Source: Verrucomicrobiota bacterium (lineage in GTDB: Bacteria; Verrucomicrobiota; Verrucomicrobiia; Limisphaerales; UBA11358). Taken from it: 64,000 nucleotides of DNA. Where the stretch lies: contig JBEKZC010000016.1 in the NCBI GenBank assembly GCA_049510295.1, forward strand, positions 1,316 through 65,315, given 5' to 3'. Below, piece by piece: positions 45,170 through 55,580 of the stretch; position 1 is the first letter of the stretch; every line of letters begins with the position of its first letter. A model generated the notes under the pieces. That model saw only the letters and a program-made list of their open reading frames with translations. It made no database searches and had not been told where the DNA came from. The position numbers and the translations under genes were made by a program.

Positions 45170-46300
45170 TCAGTAAAACGGCCAAGTTTTTAGTTTTGGT
45201 CGTCCAAGAGATTCTTGCTCAAACGGAATTCTTCCAGCTTGCATGTGCAGCGGACGGAAATCGCGCCCTGATTTATCCCGGAGCACTCGAAGAATTTCAA
45301 AGCCGGCCTCATCGCTGTCGCCAAAATGCCAGCAATCAATCTTTGGCGGCAAGCGTCGGAGCAATGCCACCGTGCCACTGCCGGGGTAGCTGGTGCAAAT
45401 AAGCAGTTCGCCGCTCTGGAGTTTGGCCAATTCATGAAACGTCGTTTCATTTTCAATCGTCGTGCAGCGCAAAGACGATGTTTCAATTTTTTCTGCGCGC
45501 TCAATATCCGCTTGAGATAAACGAAAAGAGCCATGCAAAATCCCGAAATCCAACCATGTGCCGTCCAGACAAAGTTTTAGCGGGCCATGAACCAGCACGG
45601 AGCGTGGGTTGGAAATAATTCCAATATCGTCAAGCGTGCGAATTTCGCCGCCGGTGATTTCTTCGAGCAAGCGGCCTAGTTTGCCGCGCAATTGACCTGA
45701 AAATTCGCCGTCTCGTTCCAGCATGGCGAGTTCTTCCAACTGTTTGGATGATCCGCACAATACGCAGCTTGCAAATCGAATGAGCGATTCACCATCCCAA
45801 GCCAGCAACTTCGGAAGCAGAGCAAGCAGTTCGCTGTTGGCACGGCTCGGTTCGCGGTCAAAACCTGCGGTGGATCGGCCAGCCAGCGCCTCATTACGCA
45901 TCCGTCCGCACCAAGCCGTCCATTTTTCTCGCCAGTGCGTCGGCACGTCGGCATAGGCTGCCGCTACGAATTGTTCCGCCAGATTGGCGCGCGTCTTCGT
46001 CGGCGATAACCGTGCGATTTTCGCGTAAAGAGCGTCCTCGTTTGTGGCCGAAAAACGAATTTGGTGAATGTGAGAACGGTCGCGTTTGTGAACTGGAACG
46101 CGCACGAGCAAACCGGCAGATTCAGCTTCGGCAAGTTGTTGCTCGGCCAGCGCCCGGTTTTCCCCTTCGTTGCAGCCGGCCTCCGCAAGCAGTTCTTCCA
46201 ATAGCACGAGCATATCACGATTTGCCGTGCCGGTGCGTCCAGCCTGACTTCGTTCAAAACGACGGGCAAGGGCTTCAAGAACGGGCGAAGGCGTTTTCAT
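45170..46300 (-). CDS. jetD: Wadjet JetD (DUF3322 + Toprim/DUF2220)
   Basis: 376 aa. The C-terminal Toprim-like part reads 'TIENETTFHEL' ... 'HFGDSDEAGFEIL'. It is the fourth gene of the operon. Confidence 0.85.
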   Translation of the reverse strand: MKTPSPVLEALARRFERSQAGRTGTANRDMLVLLEELLAEAGCNEGENRALAEQQLAEAESAGLLVRVPVHKRDRSHIHQIRFSATNEDALYAKIARLSPTKTRANLAEQFVAAAYADVPTHWREKWTAWCGRMRNEALAGRSTAGFDREPSRANSELLALLPKLLAWDGESLIRFASCVLCGSSKQLEELAMLERDGEFSGQLRGKLGRLLEEITGGEIRTLDDIGIISNPRSVLVHGPLKLCLDGTWLDFGILHGSFRLSQADIERAEKIETSSLRCTTIENETTFHELAKLQSGELLICTSYPGSGTVALLRRLPPKIDCWHFGDSDEAGFEILRVLRDKSGRDFRPLHMQAGRIPFEQESLGRPKLKTWPFY

Positions 46301-46312
46301 TCACTGGTTAAA

Positions 46313-49300
46313 TTACGAACCCATCAGCCGCCGGGCATCTTCCGAATTACGCGCTAGGCTCACCGAGACGTTGCTGATTTCGGTGCGTTTGCCAACACGT
46401 CGGTCATTTTTCGATACAACAACGAGCCAGTCGCAATGTTCAAACGCATACGGAATGTTACCGGTGCTCATGGAAAACACGCCCTGAAGATCAAACGCCT
46501 TGAGTGCGGTAATGCAGTCCTTGATGCGCTCACCGCTCAACTTGGAAAACGCCTCGTCAATCGGCACAAGTCCCAGCGAAGGCTCTGGCTTGCGGGAACT
46601 GTAACGACGATACGCACGCAAATAACTCGCCAGTATGGCGATGAAATACGGCGATTGATTTTCACCACCACTGAATTTGCCGGAGTGCCTGTCCACGCTC
46701 GTTTTGCGGCCGTCTTCTTCCAAAACCTCCATGTCATATTCATAATAGTGACGGTAGTCGAGCAACCGGGCTGCTTCTGCGCTGTCCGGTTGCTCGGTGA
46801 GCGTTTTCAAAAAATGTGCAATCGCATCGCGGAAACGCGGCTCGGCCGAGGCGAAAAATAAATCATCTTCGCGCGCGATGGCGCTGGCCTGAAGCAAATC
46901 GTGGTAGAGTTGATAATCCCGGTTGAGCCAGTATCGAAGCGTGTAGGTATTCGTGCCGATTGGCCGTTTCTTCAGCGACGTGTTGAGCAACGTGACCAAG
47001 TTGACAACTTCATTCAACGCGTTGTGCAGTTTTTCCAAAATCTGCGTTCGGAACAGATGCTCCCAATTTTTGCGTTCGCGCTCGGCTTTGGTGCGATAAT
47101 CTGGGATGTCGCTCTGCTCCAATTTGGCGAGTTGCTTGGCATGTGCGTCATTTGTTTCGGTTTCGACAGGCAAATCATCGAACTTCGTGTGAACCATCGC
47201 GAGTTCACGGCGTTTGGCCTTTAACTCCTCCCACGCGCCAGCGGCCTTCTCGTTGCAGTCATAGAACTGATCCTTAAAATGATTTGCGGTGGCGTCCTTT
47301 GCAGGAAAACGCGCCAGCATCTCGGCACGCAACTCCTCCAGCCGTTTCAGCCACTGCGAAATGTCGGTTTCATTCCGAACCTGCTCAAATTTTCCAGCCA
47401 GCGCCGCGACCTCGGTTTGGAACGCTTTAACTTGCGTTTCCAAATTGCGAAGATTCGTCCGTTTCTCGCTGCGGTCGAGTGCTCTTTGCTCGTCCTCCAA
47501 TTTTTTAAGTTCGGCTTCACGTTTGGCTTGCTGTGTCGCCAATTCGTCGAACTTCGCCCGGTCAATTGTATTGAGTTTCGCAATGTTGTCGCTCAACTCG
47601 GACTGCAACTCAGGCAATTGCCGGACTCGCGCGAGTTCCTCGCTCAAATTTGGGGCTTGTTCAAAATGTTCACGCCAGCCTTCGGTGGCAGCTTTGACCG
47701 CGCGTTCGATGGGTGTCAGCTTGCGTTCTTCAACCTCAAGATCACCAACCAGCTTTTGTTTCCAGGCAAGCTGTTGCTCCAAACCTTTTTCGCCGACAAA
47801 CGGATTGCCATCATAGAAGCGTGGACGTTCAACGAACGCACCGCGCGTCATAAAGCCGTCCGGAAGAATGCCGTTTTGCTCTGGCGGCAAGGCGCGCAAT
47901 TGAGCGAGTGATTCTACGCACATCAAATCGCCGAACAATTGGCTTACAATGGATTCAGCGACGGAGTGGCTGGCCGTCAGCTTTTCTGCCAGCGAACCGG
48001 GCCGGACCAATTTTTTGAGTTTTGCCGCCTTGTTTGGATTGATGAGAGATTCCCGGCCAGTCTCATTGCCAAGCTCGGATGCCTTTAATCCGTGATAAAT
48101 TTTCTCCGCCTGTTCGTAATGTTCGAGTGCAACCACAATGGCGAATTTACGGGCGAAGACGACTTCGATTGCCGGACGCCAGCGTTCATCGTTTACTTCG
48201 CACAGCGCCCGGAGATGTTGGGCGGGCAAACGTGAACCAGTCGAAGGCAAACTGCTGTTCAGCGTATCCAACAACCGAGTTGGAAACGGGAGTTTACCGA
48301 TTTTAAGAGCGCCAACTTCATCGCGCAACTGGCCGAGTTGCTGGCGTAATTCGACTAGACGCTTTTGCGTTGGCGCGGCAGCACGGCTGACTTCGATGGC
48401 AGCACGCTGGGCGGCGTCACCGAGTGCGCGCAAGGTTTCGCCAGCCTTCGTAACTCCACCTTTTTCAACGCCGTTGATGGCCCGTTCAACCGAAGCGACC
48501 GAAGCCGCATCAATGTCCAGAGGCACTGCGCGAAGTTCTTTGAGCCACGAACGGGCATTGCGAACACGATTGGCGAGCGCTTGCCCCAGCGTCGTGCCGA
48601 CCTCGGCAAGTTGACTGATTTGATGGGTCAGCTTGCCATTGCGTGATTTCAACTCGCTATAAAGCCGGCCTTCAGGTGTTTCGTTGATGCTCGCCATGAG
48701 GCTGCCTATCCGCTGTTTGAGATTGGGGATGGCCTCCTCCAAGTGTTTCAGCCTCGCTTCCTCGGTCGCGTAATCTTCCTTCAGCTTCGCGAGCTTGGTT
48801 TCATCAGCCTGAAGTTGTTCGGCGGAATGTTCGTGACGGAGTTGGGCTTCGAGATAACGCGCTAATGCGCGGTCGCGGCGAAGTTCGGTCAGCCGGACAA
48901 ACGTGGCTTGGATGGACTTTAACCTATCAAGCTGGTCGTTCAGCTTGTTCAGGTCGCCCTCGTAGTTCAGGAATGTCTTGTAACTTGCGGTCACGTCACC
49001 GACATCAAGTTTATCGGAAGGCAGGATGAAATCGCGCGCGAACTCGTTGAAGTTTTTCTTAAAAAACGTAAAGGACATTGCTGTGGGCAAAAGCGACCGC
49101 AACGCTTTGTTGTCGAAATTGAGATGAACCGGCTGCGCCATGTCGCGCAAATATACCTCAATGCCTTCCGGGTAAATTCGTCCCTGACGACTTTCCGCAA
49201 ATCCCTTGAACGCGGTATAATCTAGCGGACGCTTTTCGGCATCGAGAAAATCACCTCGCGCCAGCGATTCAGGAATAAAAAACGGTGTGACTTTGCCGTG

Positions 49301-49675
49301 CGCCTCCGCCGTGCTGGTGAATTCAACGCGAATGCCCCAGGTCTCGCACTTTTTGCCATTCGGCCAGATGAATTCCAGCGCCACATAGGTGATAGCGCTG
49401 CTACGCATATATTGCGTGACGCCATTTTCCTCCTCTTTGGTGTCGCCAAGACAATAGCCTTTGAGCGAACGGTCAGAACGGTCGCCGGTAGCGGACTGGT
49501 TGAAACGCACAAGGCGCTGGTCGCCCACGAGGACGAACTGAATCAAATCCATCAGGATGGATTTGCCCGAACCGGTCAAGCCCGCAAGCAGCATGTTGCC
49601 TTCAACTGGAATGGTATCCTTGTAGCCATACCAATTGAGCGCGTGGATTCGTGTGAGTCGGATGGTGCGAGTCAT
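46313..49675 (-). CDS. jetC: Wadjet JetC (SMC/MksB-like ATPase)
   Basis: 1120 aa. Walker A is 'LAGLTGSGKS', a very long coiled coil follows, and the C-terminal part has signature/Walker B motifs 'FSGGENQ' and 'LVPIDEAF'. Confidence 0.9.
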   Translation of the reverse strand: MTRTIRLTRIHALNWYGYKDTIPVEGNMLLAGLTGSGKSILMDLIQFVLVGDQRLVRFNQSATGDRSDRSLKGYCLGDTKEEENGVTQYMRSSAITYVALEFIWPNGKKCETWGIRVEFTSTAEAHGKVTPFFIPESLARGDFLDAEKRPLDYTAFKGFAESRQGRIYPEGIEVYLRDMAQPVHLNFDNKALRSLLPTAMSFTFFKKNFNEFARDFILPSDKLDVGDVTASYKTFLNYEGDLNKLNDQLDRLKSIQATFVRLTELRRDRALARYLEAQLRHEHSAEQLQADETKLAKLKEDYATEEARLKHLEEAIPNLKQRIGSLMASINETPEGRLYSELKSRNGKLTHQISQLAEVGTTLGQALANRVRNARSWLKELRAVPLDIDAASVASVERAINGVEKGGVTKAGETLRALGDAAQRAAIEVSRAAAPTQKRLVELRQQLGQLRDEVGALKIGKLPFPTRLLDTLNSSLPSTGSRLPAQHLRALCEVNDERWRPAIEVVFARKFAIVVALEHYEQAEKIYHGLKASELGNETGRESLINPNKAAKLKKLVRPGSLAEKLTASHSVAESIVSQLFGDLMCVESLAQLRALPPEQNGILPDGFMTRGAFVERPRFYDGNPFVGEKGLEQQLAWKQKLVGDLEVEERKLTPIERAVKAATEGWREHFEQAPNLSEELARVRQLPELQSELSDNIAKLNTIDRAKFDELATQQAKREAELKKLEDEQRALDRSEKRTNLRNLETQVKAFQTEVAALAGKFEQVRNETDISQWLKRLEELRAEMLARFPAKDATANHFKDQFYDCNEKAAGAWEELKAKRRELAMVHTKFDDLPVETETNDAHAKQLAKLEQSDIPDYRTKAERERKNWEHLFRTQILEKLHNALNEVVNLVTLLNTSLKKRPIGTNTYTLRYWLNRDYQLYHDLLQASAIAREDDLFFASAEPRFRDAIAHFLKTLTEQPDSAEAARLLDYRHYYEYDMEVLEEDGRKTSVDRHSGKFSGGENQSPYFIAILASYLRAYRRYSSRKPEPSLGLVPIDEAFSKLSGERIKDCITALKAFDLQGVFSMSTGNIPYAFEHCDWLVVVSKNDRRVGKRTEISNVSVSLARNSEDARRLMGS

Positions 49676-50328
49676 TCTGCTTTGTCGTTGTCGTCAAGAT
49701 CGGTTTCAACTGGTTCTTTGGCCGATGCCAGATAGCGTTCGGCGTTTTTGTTCCATTCCTCGATCCCTTGAAATGGAATGACCCGCTTTAACGTCGGCAT
49801 GATTTCAATCTGTGAGCGCTCCAACACCGCGTCGGGCGTGAAGTGAATAAGGTTTTTGCGCTGCGCCAGCGAGAGAATTTCACGCAAACGTGTCTGGCTG
49901 GGAAGATGTTTGCGGAGCGGTTCAAATTTCGCGGTCAATGAATCGTTGAGTTGTTGCGCGGTGAGGCGAACCGGCGGAGTTTCACCACGGTCACGCACGG
50001 CAGTGTCGAACTCATACCACAGCGTAAGCAAAACCAATGTGGCGTCCAATTTGAGGCGAAGAAGGAACGCGCTACTTTGCGGCACGGCCTGCACCGTCCG
50101 GTCTTGATGCTCCCAATGAAGTTTCAGGTCGAGCAATCCGGCCAATTCGTCCACCCAATCCCGGTTTTGATAACACCAGTGGTAAAGATCGGTCTGCGCG
50201 GGTTCGAGGCCAAGGATTGAACCGCTGGTCAACAAACGCCGCAAGGCTTCACCGAGCCGTTCGCGGTCATTGACGGAAAGTTTATTCAGCAATCCGTTGG
50301 TATTTGTATTTGTTCCGTCGGTGGTCAT
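49672..50328 (-). CDS. jetB: Wadjet JetB (DUF4194, MksE-like)
   Basis: 218 aa. Its size, position and 4-nt overlaps with both neighbours fit JetB. Confidence 0.8.
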   Translation of the reverse strand: MTTDGTNTNTNGLLNKLSVNDRERLGEALRRLLTSGSILGLEPAQTDLYHWCYQNRDWVDELAGLLDLKLHWEHQDRTVQAVPQSSAFLLRLKLDATLVLLTLWYEFDTAVRDRGETPPVRLTAQQLNDSLTAKFEPLRKHLPSQTRLREILSLAQRKNLIHFTPDAVLERSQIEIMPTLKRVIPFQGIEEWNKNAERYLASAKEPVETDLDDNDKAE

Positions 50329-51764
50329 TTTTTAAGCAAAGTGAAACGCTCGATGCGGTATTGCAGTTTGGTGTCGAAGTTGCCGGAGTCAGCCTCGGTT
50401 TCGCGCCGGGGCACTTGAATTTCAAATTGGGCATCCGTCGAGCGCGCGTGCAGGAGACAGGCAATGAGGTTGTCCACATCCTCGTCATTATGAACATGGT
50501 CGCGAAGCAACTCGTCGGATTCAATACGCGCGCCCTTTTTGCCGGGCAATGCGGCCACAAAATGATTGGCGCGGCTGACGGTCAACGAATCACGCATCGT
50601 GCTTCCAAGTTGCGCCAACGCGTGATCTTGCTGGCGCTGGTCGGCATCCGCCAAAGGTTCAATTTCACCTGCCGCCCGGCGAAGGCGCGGCGTGTAGAGC
50701 GATTCCATGCCGCCAAAAATTCGCGCGTCGTGCAGCAGCAAAGCTGGAAACTCAATGCCCAGCTCGTCCAGTTCGCCGACGCGCCGACCGGCAAAATGAC
50801 GATTGAGCGTCTCGAAAAATTCCTGCACACGGGAGCGGTTTTCGCTGGTCGTTTCCTGAAGATAGCGAAAACGCGCCTGCGAACGGCGAGTGAATTCAGC
50901 CGTGCGCCGATCAATGGCGTTGGCCAGTGGCTGGATTCCATCCAGCAAATTCGCAAGTTCATCCAGCCGCACCCTGGCATGTGCCATCGCCCCTTCCGGT
51001 GAAACCGCCGGATCGCGCCGCATCACCTCGGTCTGCATTTTGGTCAGAAGTTCAGCATTGGCCTCCAATTCTTCAATCGCCCGCCGTGCTTCCGCGAGCT
51101 TCGATGGCAGACGTGCATGAACCAATTGCGCATAGCAGGTTCGTCCGATGCGTTCGGCGAATTGATCAAACAACACCGCGAGATTTTCTTTCAGCGTCGA
51201 AGCCGCCAGTTGTTGTTTGGTGTGGCGCTCAATGGATTTTTGCATCCCGCGCAATTCGACCAGGCCGGCTTGGAGGCTGGCGACACAACTCTCGACCTGC
51301 GCCCAAGGTTGATCCGCCAGCGCGTCGCGGTTGGTCAAAGTGAAACATACGTTCACCAGCTTGTCCGAAAAGACGGCGGCCTCGGGACAGGCGATTTTTC
51401 TCAACGCCTGAACCAGCACAACCCCGTTTGCGTCAAAGAAAATTTTCCGCTGCCAATCTGTGCGTTCCTCCTCGTATAACCAGCCCGTCTTGCGAAGTGT
51501 TTCCAAAACAATGCGTGCCTTGTCGCGGAGAGTTGCCCCTTGGGCAACCGATTCATCCTCGGCGGCACTCAAATCGCCATGTTGCTCAACGACCCGTTCC
51601 ACCAATGCCAGCGCTTCCTCCCGATCAAGCCCTTGGTTGCGTTGCACCGCCTCATATTCGAGCACATCAAGCGAATCCACATAGAGACGCGCCGACGGTC
51701 TCGCCAGCACCCCAAAAAAATCGGGGCGCACTTCGCGAAAAAGTTGAGCGGCAAGTGCGGACAT
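50325..51764 (-). CDS. jetA: Wadjet JetA (DUF3375, MksF-like kleisin)
   Basis: 479 aa. It is the first gene of the operon, with canonical jetABCD order and sizes. Confidence 0.8.
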   Translation of the reverse strand: MSALAAQLFREVRPDFFGVLARPSARLYVDSLDVLEYEAVQRNQGLDREEALALVERVVEQHGDLSAAEDESVAQGATLRDKARIVLETLRKTGWLYEEERTDWQRKIFFDANGVVLVQALRKIACPEAAVFSDKLVNVCFTLTNRDALADQPWAQVESCVASLQAGLVELRGMQKSIERHTKQQLAASTLKENLAVLFDQFAERIGRTCYAQLVHARLPSKLAEARRAIEELEANAELLTKMQTEVMRRDPAVSPEGAMAHARVRLDELANLLDGIQPLANAIDRRTAEFTRRSQARFRYLQETTSENRSRVQEFFETLNRHFAGRRVGELDELGIEFPALLLHDARIFGGMESLYTPRLRRAAGEIEPLADADQRQQDHALAQLGSTMRDSLTVSRANHFVAALPGKKGARIESDELLRDHVHNDEDVDNLIACLLHARSTDAQFEIQVPRRETEADSGNFDTKLQYRIERFTLLKK

Positions 51765-52079
51765 TTTTCAAAGTCTATCGTGCTGGATGGGACAAAGACA
51801 GTCCAACCCTCCATGTGCGAAGATCGCGATCCAGAAGTTCATTTGAACCATGATTATTGTTTTTATCGGAAAGAACAATCTTTGGATCGTCGGCGAGTTT
51901 TCTACCTCATGATTTCCGTAGTCGCGGCTACTGCGGTGCAAACATCGAAATAATTTTCGATTCTTGCAAAGTTTGCAACTTCACCGCTCTGAATTCGGCC
52001 AGACTGACGGCGACAAATCGGAAAATTGCTGGTTGTCAACCTGTGCGGGAATCGCACTGGCACGGCTTCAATCTATGGG

Positions 52080-52182
52080 AAAATGCCGCCATGAAAATTT
52101 TCCAGCATAACAAAGCCAAAATTAAAGTCGTGTAACCAGTGACACAACGCGCCTTCGGCCATCTGTAAAAATGCCGCCATGA
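52080..52182 (+). repeat. direct repeats 'aaaatgccgccatgaa' (2 copies, 87 bp apart)
   Basis: Copies at 52080..52095 and 52167..52182. The flanks are also similar (ATCTrT...). They lie in the AT-rich gap between jetA and the relaxase. Confidence 0.5.
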
Positions 52183-52510
52183 ATCATTTTGATCAAGGCT
52201 TGAACCTAGATGACGGCAGGTTCCGGTAAAAGGCAAACCGTGAATCGAAACAGAAAAATAACTGCCGATTGTGTAAAGATTACGCAAAAGGGGCCGGGGC
52301 ACGCGATAAAATTACCGCATGAATAAAACAACGTTCAGGTTTTTGATTCATCCGCCCGTCGCGGGTGGAAAATCTGAAAACGCATTTTGCGTGTCTGGCA
52401 CGCCTTTGCCGGTTCGCCTGCGGATAAATTGGCAAAACGATGAATGGAGAAATTAACGATTGTTCCAAACGGGAACAAAGCCTTTTGAAAAACAGATAAA
52501 ATAACGCCTT

Positions 52511-55237
52511 ATGTTTACTGCCGTCGCGCAAAAAAATCTGGGCGATGCCGAGAATTATTTCGACGAGCACCTGTCGCAGAATGATTACTACGCGGTGGGC
52601 GAAATCCGTCCCGGCCAGTGGATCGGCGCGGGCGCGGAACGCTTGGGATTAAAGAGCGAAGTCACGCGCGAACAATTTCATGCGCTCTGTGAAAACCAAA
52701 ATCCAAACGATGGCGAACGACTGACGCAGCGGCAACTGAAGGAGGGCCAGCGGCGGGTGTTTTATGATTTCACCTGTTCCGCGCCGAAATCGGTGTCGGT
52801 GCTGGCGGTGACGTTGGCGGATGAACGGCTGGTGACGGCGCATGAGGAGGCCACGCGCATTGCGTTCCGCGAACTTGAATCTTTCGCTGCTACCAGAGTC
52901 CGCAAGCAGGGCAATCAAAAAGACCGGATCACTGGCAATCTCGCCGCTGCCGCGTTCACGCACACGAGCAGCCGCGCGCTTGACCCGCAGTTGCACACGC
53001 ATTTCACGGTGTTCAACGCCACGTTTGATGACAGTGAACGGTCATGGAAAGCCCTGCAAGCGGGCGGCATGTATGACGCCATCCGTTACGGCACGGCGGT
53101 CTATCGGAATGAACTGGCGAAACGGGTGCAACAAATCGGCTACCGGATTCAACCGTCCAAACATGGCTTTCAAATTGAGGGCGTCAGCGATGAGGTGTTG
53201 AAACGATTTTCCAAACGCGCACAACAGCGTGACGCGGTGGTTCAGGAGTTGGAACAAAAGCTGGGGCGGAAACTTTCCAACAACGCCATTTCTCTCGCAG
53301 TCCATCAGAGCCGGGCGAAAAAAGTCAAAGGCATCTCTACGGCGGAAGTGCGCGAACGACAGATGGCGCAATTATCATCGGAGGAACAACAATCACTGCA
53401 AAATCTCTGCCCGTCAGTCCAACCCGTTCGGCCAGCCCGTGTCCTTGAACCGGAAAACCAAGCCCTGAATCATGCCGTCGCCCATGTGTTCGAGCGCAAG
53501 TCGGTGGTGCCGGAGCATGAACTGTTGAACGTGGCCCTGTCGCAACGTCCGGGCGAAGTGGATTTGCCGACGCTGAAAGCGGCGGTGCAGCATTCCCCGG
53601 AACTGGTTAAAACCGAGCGCGGATTTTCCACGCGGCAAATTCTGGCAACGGAACTGGAATTGATTCAGGTGGTCAATGCCGGATGCGATGCCGTTGCACC
53701 ATTGCATCCCGGCTACCGTCCCGCTGACTGGCTGGGTGAGGATCAGAAACGGGCGATTTATCATGTGCTGCGCACCAGTGACCGTATCACCGGCCTGCGT
53801 GGTCTGGCGGGCACGGGCAAAACCACGGCGTTGCGCGAGCTGGTCGCCGCCTGCAAGGAAGCCCGCGTTGAACCGCTGTTCTGCGCGCCGACGGCGGCGG
53901 CAACCGAGGTTTTGCGCACCGAGGGATTCGAGGCGGTGACATTGCAAAGTTTGCTGCTGACGAAACCGGTGTTGTCTGCCCGTCAGTTGGTGGTGCTGGA
54001 TGAGGCCGGAGCGGTCGGAATGGACGACATGAAGCGGCTGTTTGACCTGGCGCGGGACGCCCGCATCGTGTTATCGGGCGACACCGGCCAGCACGCATCG
54101 GTCGCGCGTGGCGACGCGCTGCGGATTTTGGAACAACATTCCGATTTCAAATCCGGTCAATTGACGGCCATCCGGCGGCAACGCAAGGCCGCTTATCGCA
54201 ACGCCGTGGAACTGGCGGCAGAGAAACGCACCATGGAAGCTTTCGCGCAGTTGGAACGCATGGGAGCGGTAACAGAGTGTTCAGGTGATCAACTGCATGG
54301 TGAAGCCGCACAGTCGTATCTGAAAGCGTTGGCGCAAAATCAATCCGTGCTGTTAGTTGCGCCGACGTGGGCAGAAATTGAGGCGGTGACGGAAAAAGTC
54401 CGCGCCGCGTTGAAAACGTCCGGTCGGCTGGCGGGCGACGAAAAGGAATTTCAGGTTTTTGATTCGCTGTCGTGGACGGAAGCGCAGAAGCAGGATGCGC
54501 GGCAATACCGGCCCGGCCTGGCGATTCGTTTTCACCGGCAAAAAACTGGTTATGCCAAAGATGAAACGGTTGCGGTGGTCGCCGTCGAAAATGACGCCTT
54601 GAAAGTCCAACGCGCGGACGGTTCCGAAAGCCTTTTCCCATTGGGTGCAGGCTGCGCCTGCTTTGATGTGGGGGAGAAACGGAAATTGAAAGTGGCCGCT
54701 GGCGACAGGTTGTTGCTGCAAGCGAACTGGCAGAAGAAATTTATCAACGGCGAACTGGTCGAGGTGCGGACAATTCAAGGTGATTCCGTGGTGCTGACCG
54801 ATGGCCGGGTGATTCCAGAAAACTATCGCACGTTTACGCATGGCTATGCCGTCACGTCGCACGCCGCCCAAGGCAAGACCGTGGATGAAGTGCTGGTCGT
54901 CGCGTCGTCGCGTTCGCTGCCGGCGATCAATCAGCAGCAATTTTACGTCAGCATCTCGCGAGGGCGCGATGCGTGCCGCGTGTTCACTGATGATGCCGAG
55001 ATGTTGCGCTCGCACGTCACCCGTTCCGGCGCGCGGATGGCGGCGGTGGAAGTTGTCCCGCCCGTCCACCGTCGAAAATTCATCATGACTGTTTTGCAAC
55101 GCGGTCATCGCTTCCTGAAACAGTTCCGCCAGCGCCTCGGAGTGCAACAAACCATTTTACCTGACAAGCGCAGCCCACAAATGAAAACACCCCGTTATGA
55201 ACAGCAACGAACTTCCACCCACCGAATCGGCGTCTAA
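52511..55237 (+). CDS. MobF/TrwC-family relaxase fused to a RecD-like helicase
   Basis: 908 aa. The relaxase N-terminus reads 'AENYFDEHLSQNDYY...GQWIGAGAERLGL'. The His triad is 'HTSSRALDPQLHTHFTVFN'. The helicase Walker A is 'GLAGTGKTT', with 'VLDEAG' and 'AVTSHAAQGKT'. Confidence 0.9.
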   Translation: MFTAVAQKNLGDAENYFDEHLSQNDYYAVGEIRPGQWIGAGAERLGLKSEVTREQFHALCENQNPNDGERLTQRQLKEGQRRVFYDFTCSAPKSVSVLAVTLADERLVTAHEEATRIAFRELESFAATRVRKQGNQKDRITGNLAAAAFTHTSSRALDPQLHTHFTVFNATFDDSERSWKALQAGGMYDAIRYGTAVYRNELAKRVQQIGYRIQPSKHGFQIEGVSDEVLKRFSKRAQQRDAVVQELEQKLGRKLSNNAISLAVHQSRAKKVKGISTAEVRERQMAQLSSEEQQSLQNLCPSVQPVRPARVLEPENQALNHAVAHVFERKSVVPEHELLNVALSQRPGEVDLPTLKAAVQHSPELVKTERGFSTRQILATELELIQVVNAGCDAVAPLHPGYRPADWLGEDQKRAIYHVLRTSDRITGLRGLAGTGKTTALRELVAACKEARVEPLFCAPTAAATEVLRTEGFEAVTLQSLLLTKPVLSARQLVVLDEAGAVGMDDMKRLFDLARDARIVLSGDTGQHASVARGDALRILEQHSDFKSGQLTAIRRQRKAAYRNAVELAAEKRTMEAFAQLERMGAVTECSGDQLHGEAAQSYLKALAQNQSVLLVAPTWAEIEAVTEKVRAALKTSGRLAGDEKEFQVFDSLSWTEAQKQDARQYRPGLAIRFHRQKTGYAKDETVAVVAVENDALKVQRADGSESLFPLGAGCACFDVGEKRKLKVAAGDRLLLQANWQKKFINGELVEVRTIQGDSVVLTDGRVIPENYRTFTHGYAVTSHAAQGKTVDEVLVVASSRSLPAINQQQFYVSISRGRDACRVFTDDAEMLRSHVTRSGARMAAVEVVPPVHRRKFIMTVLQRGHRFLKQFRQRLGVQQTILPDKRSPQMKTPRYEQQRTSTHRIGV

Positions 55238-55580
55238 CCCGCGCGACAATCCTTCTTACGGCACGGATTCCACGGTCGCCACTTTGAACGTGGTGGCCGA
55301 CGACGGCAGGAGTTACCAACTGCCTTACGCGCAATTTCTGTATGCAGAGATGATTTCCAATCCGGCGTTGGAAACGAAGCCGGATACCCCGCCCGAAAGG
55401 CTGTTGCTCTGTTTTGCCGTCGCCGAAGTTGCGGTGCTGGGGAGTGGACTCAAGGCCGTTGAACGGGCGATCCAGAAATATGAATTAAAATTTGTAAAGT
55501 CGGCTGACCGGCGCTACGCCGCTGCGTTCAAAACCCATGTTGCCGCCGTCGCCGTCGCTTTTACCAAGGAGAAAGTATGA
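55197..55580 (+). CDS. hypothetical protein
   Basis: 127 aa. It overlaps the relaxase end and is coupled (ATGA) to the Xis-like gene. Confidence 0.4.
   Translation: MNSNELPPTESASNPRDNPSYGTDSTVATLNVVADDGRSYQLPYAQFLYAEMISNPALETKPDTPPERLLLCFAVAEVAVLGSGLKAVERAIQKYELKFVKSADRRYAAAFKTHVAAVAVAFTKEKV

Noticed and set aside
52086-52094. 'gccgccatg' Kozak-like strings in the jetA-relaxase gap
   Set aside because: This is a eukaryotic initiation context with no relevance in a bacterium. It is noted only as part of the 16-nt direct repeat.
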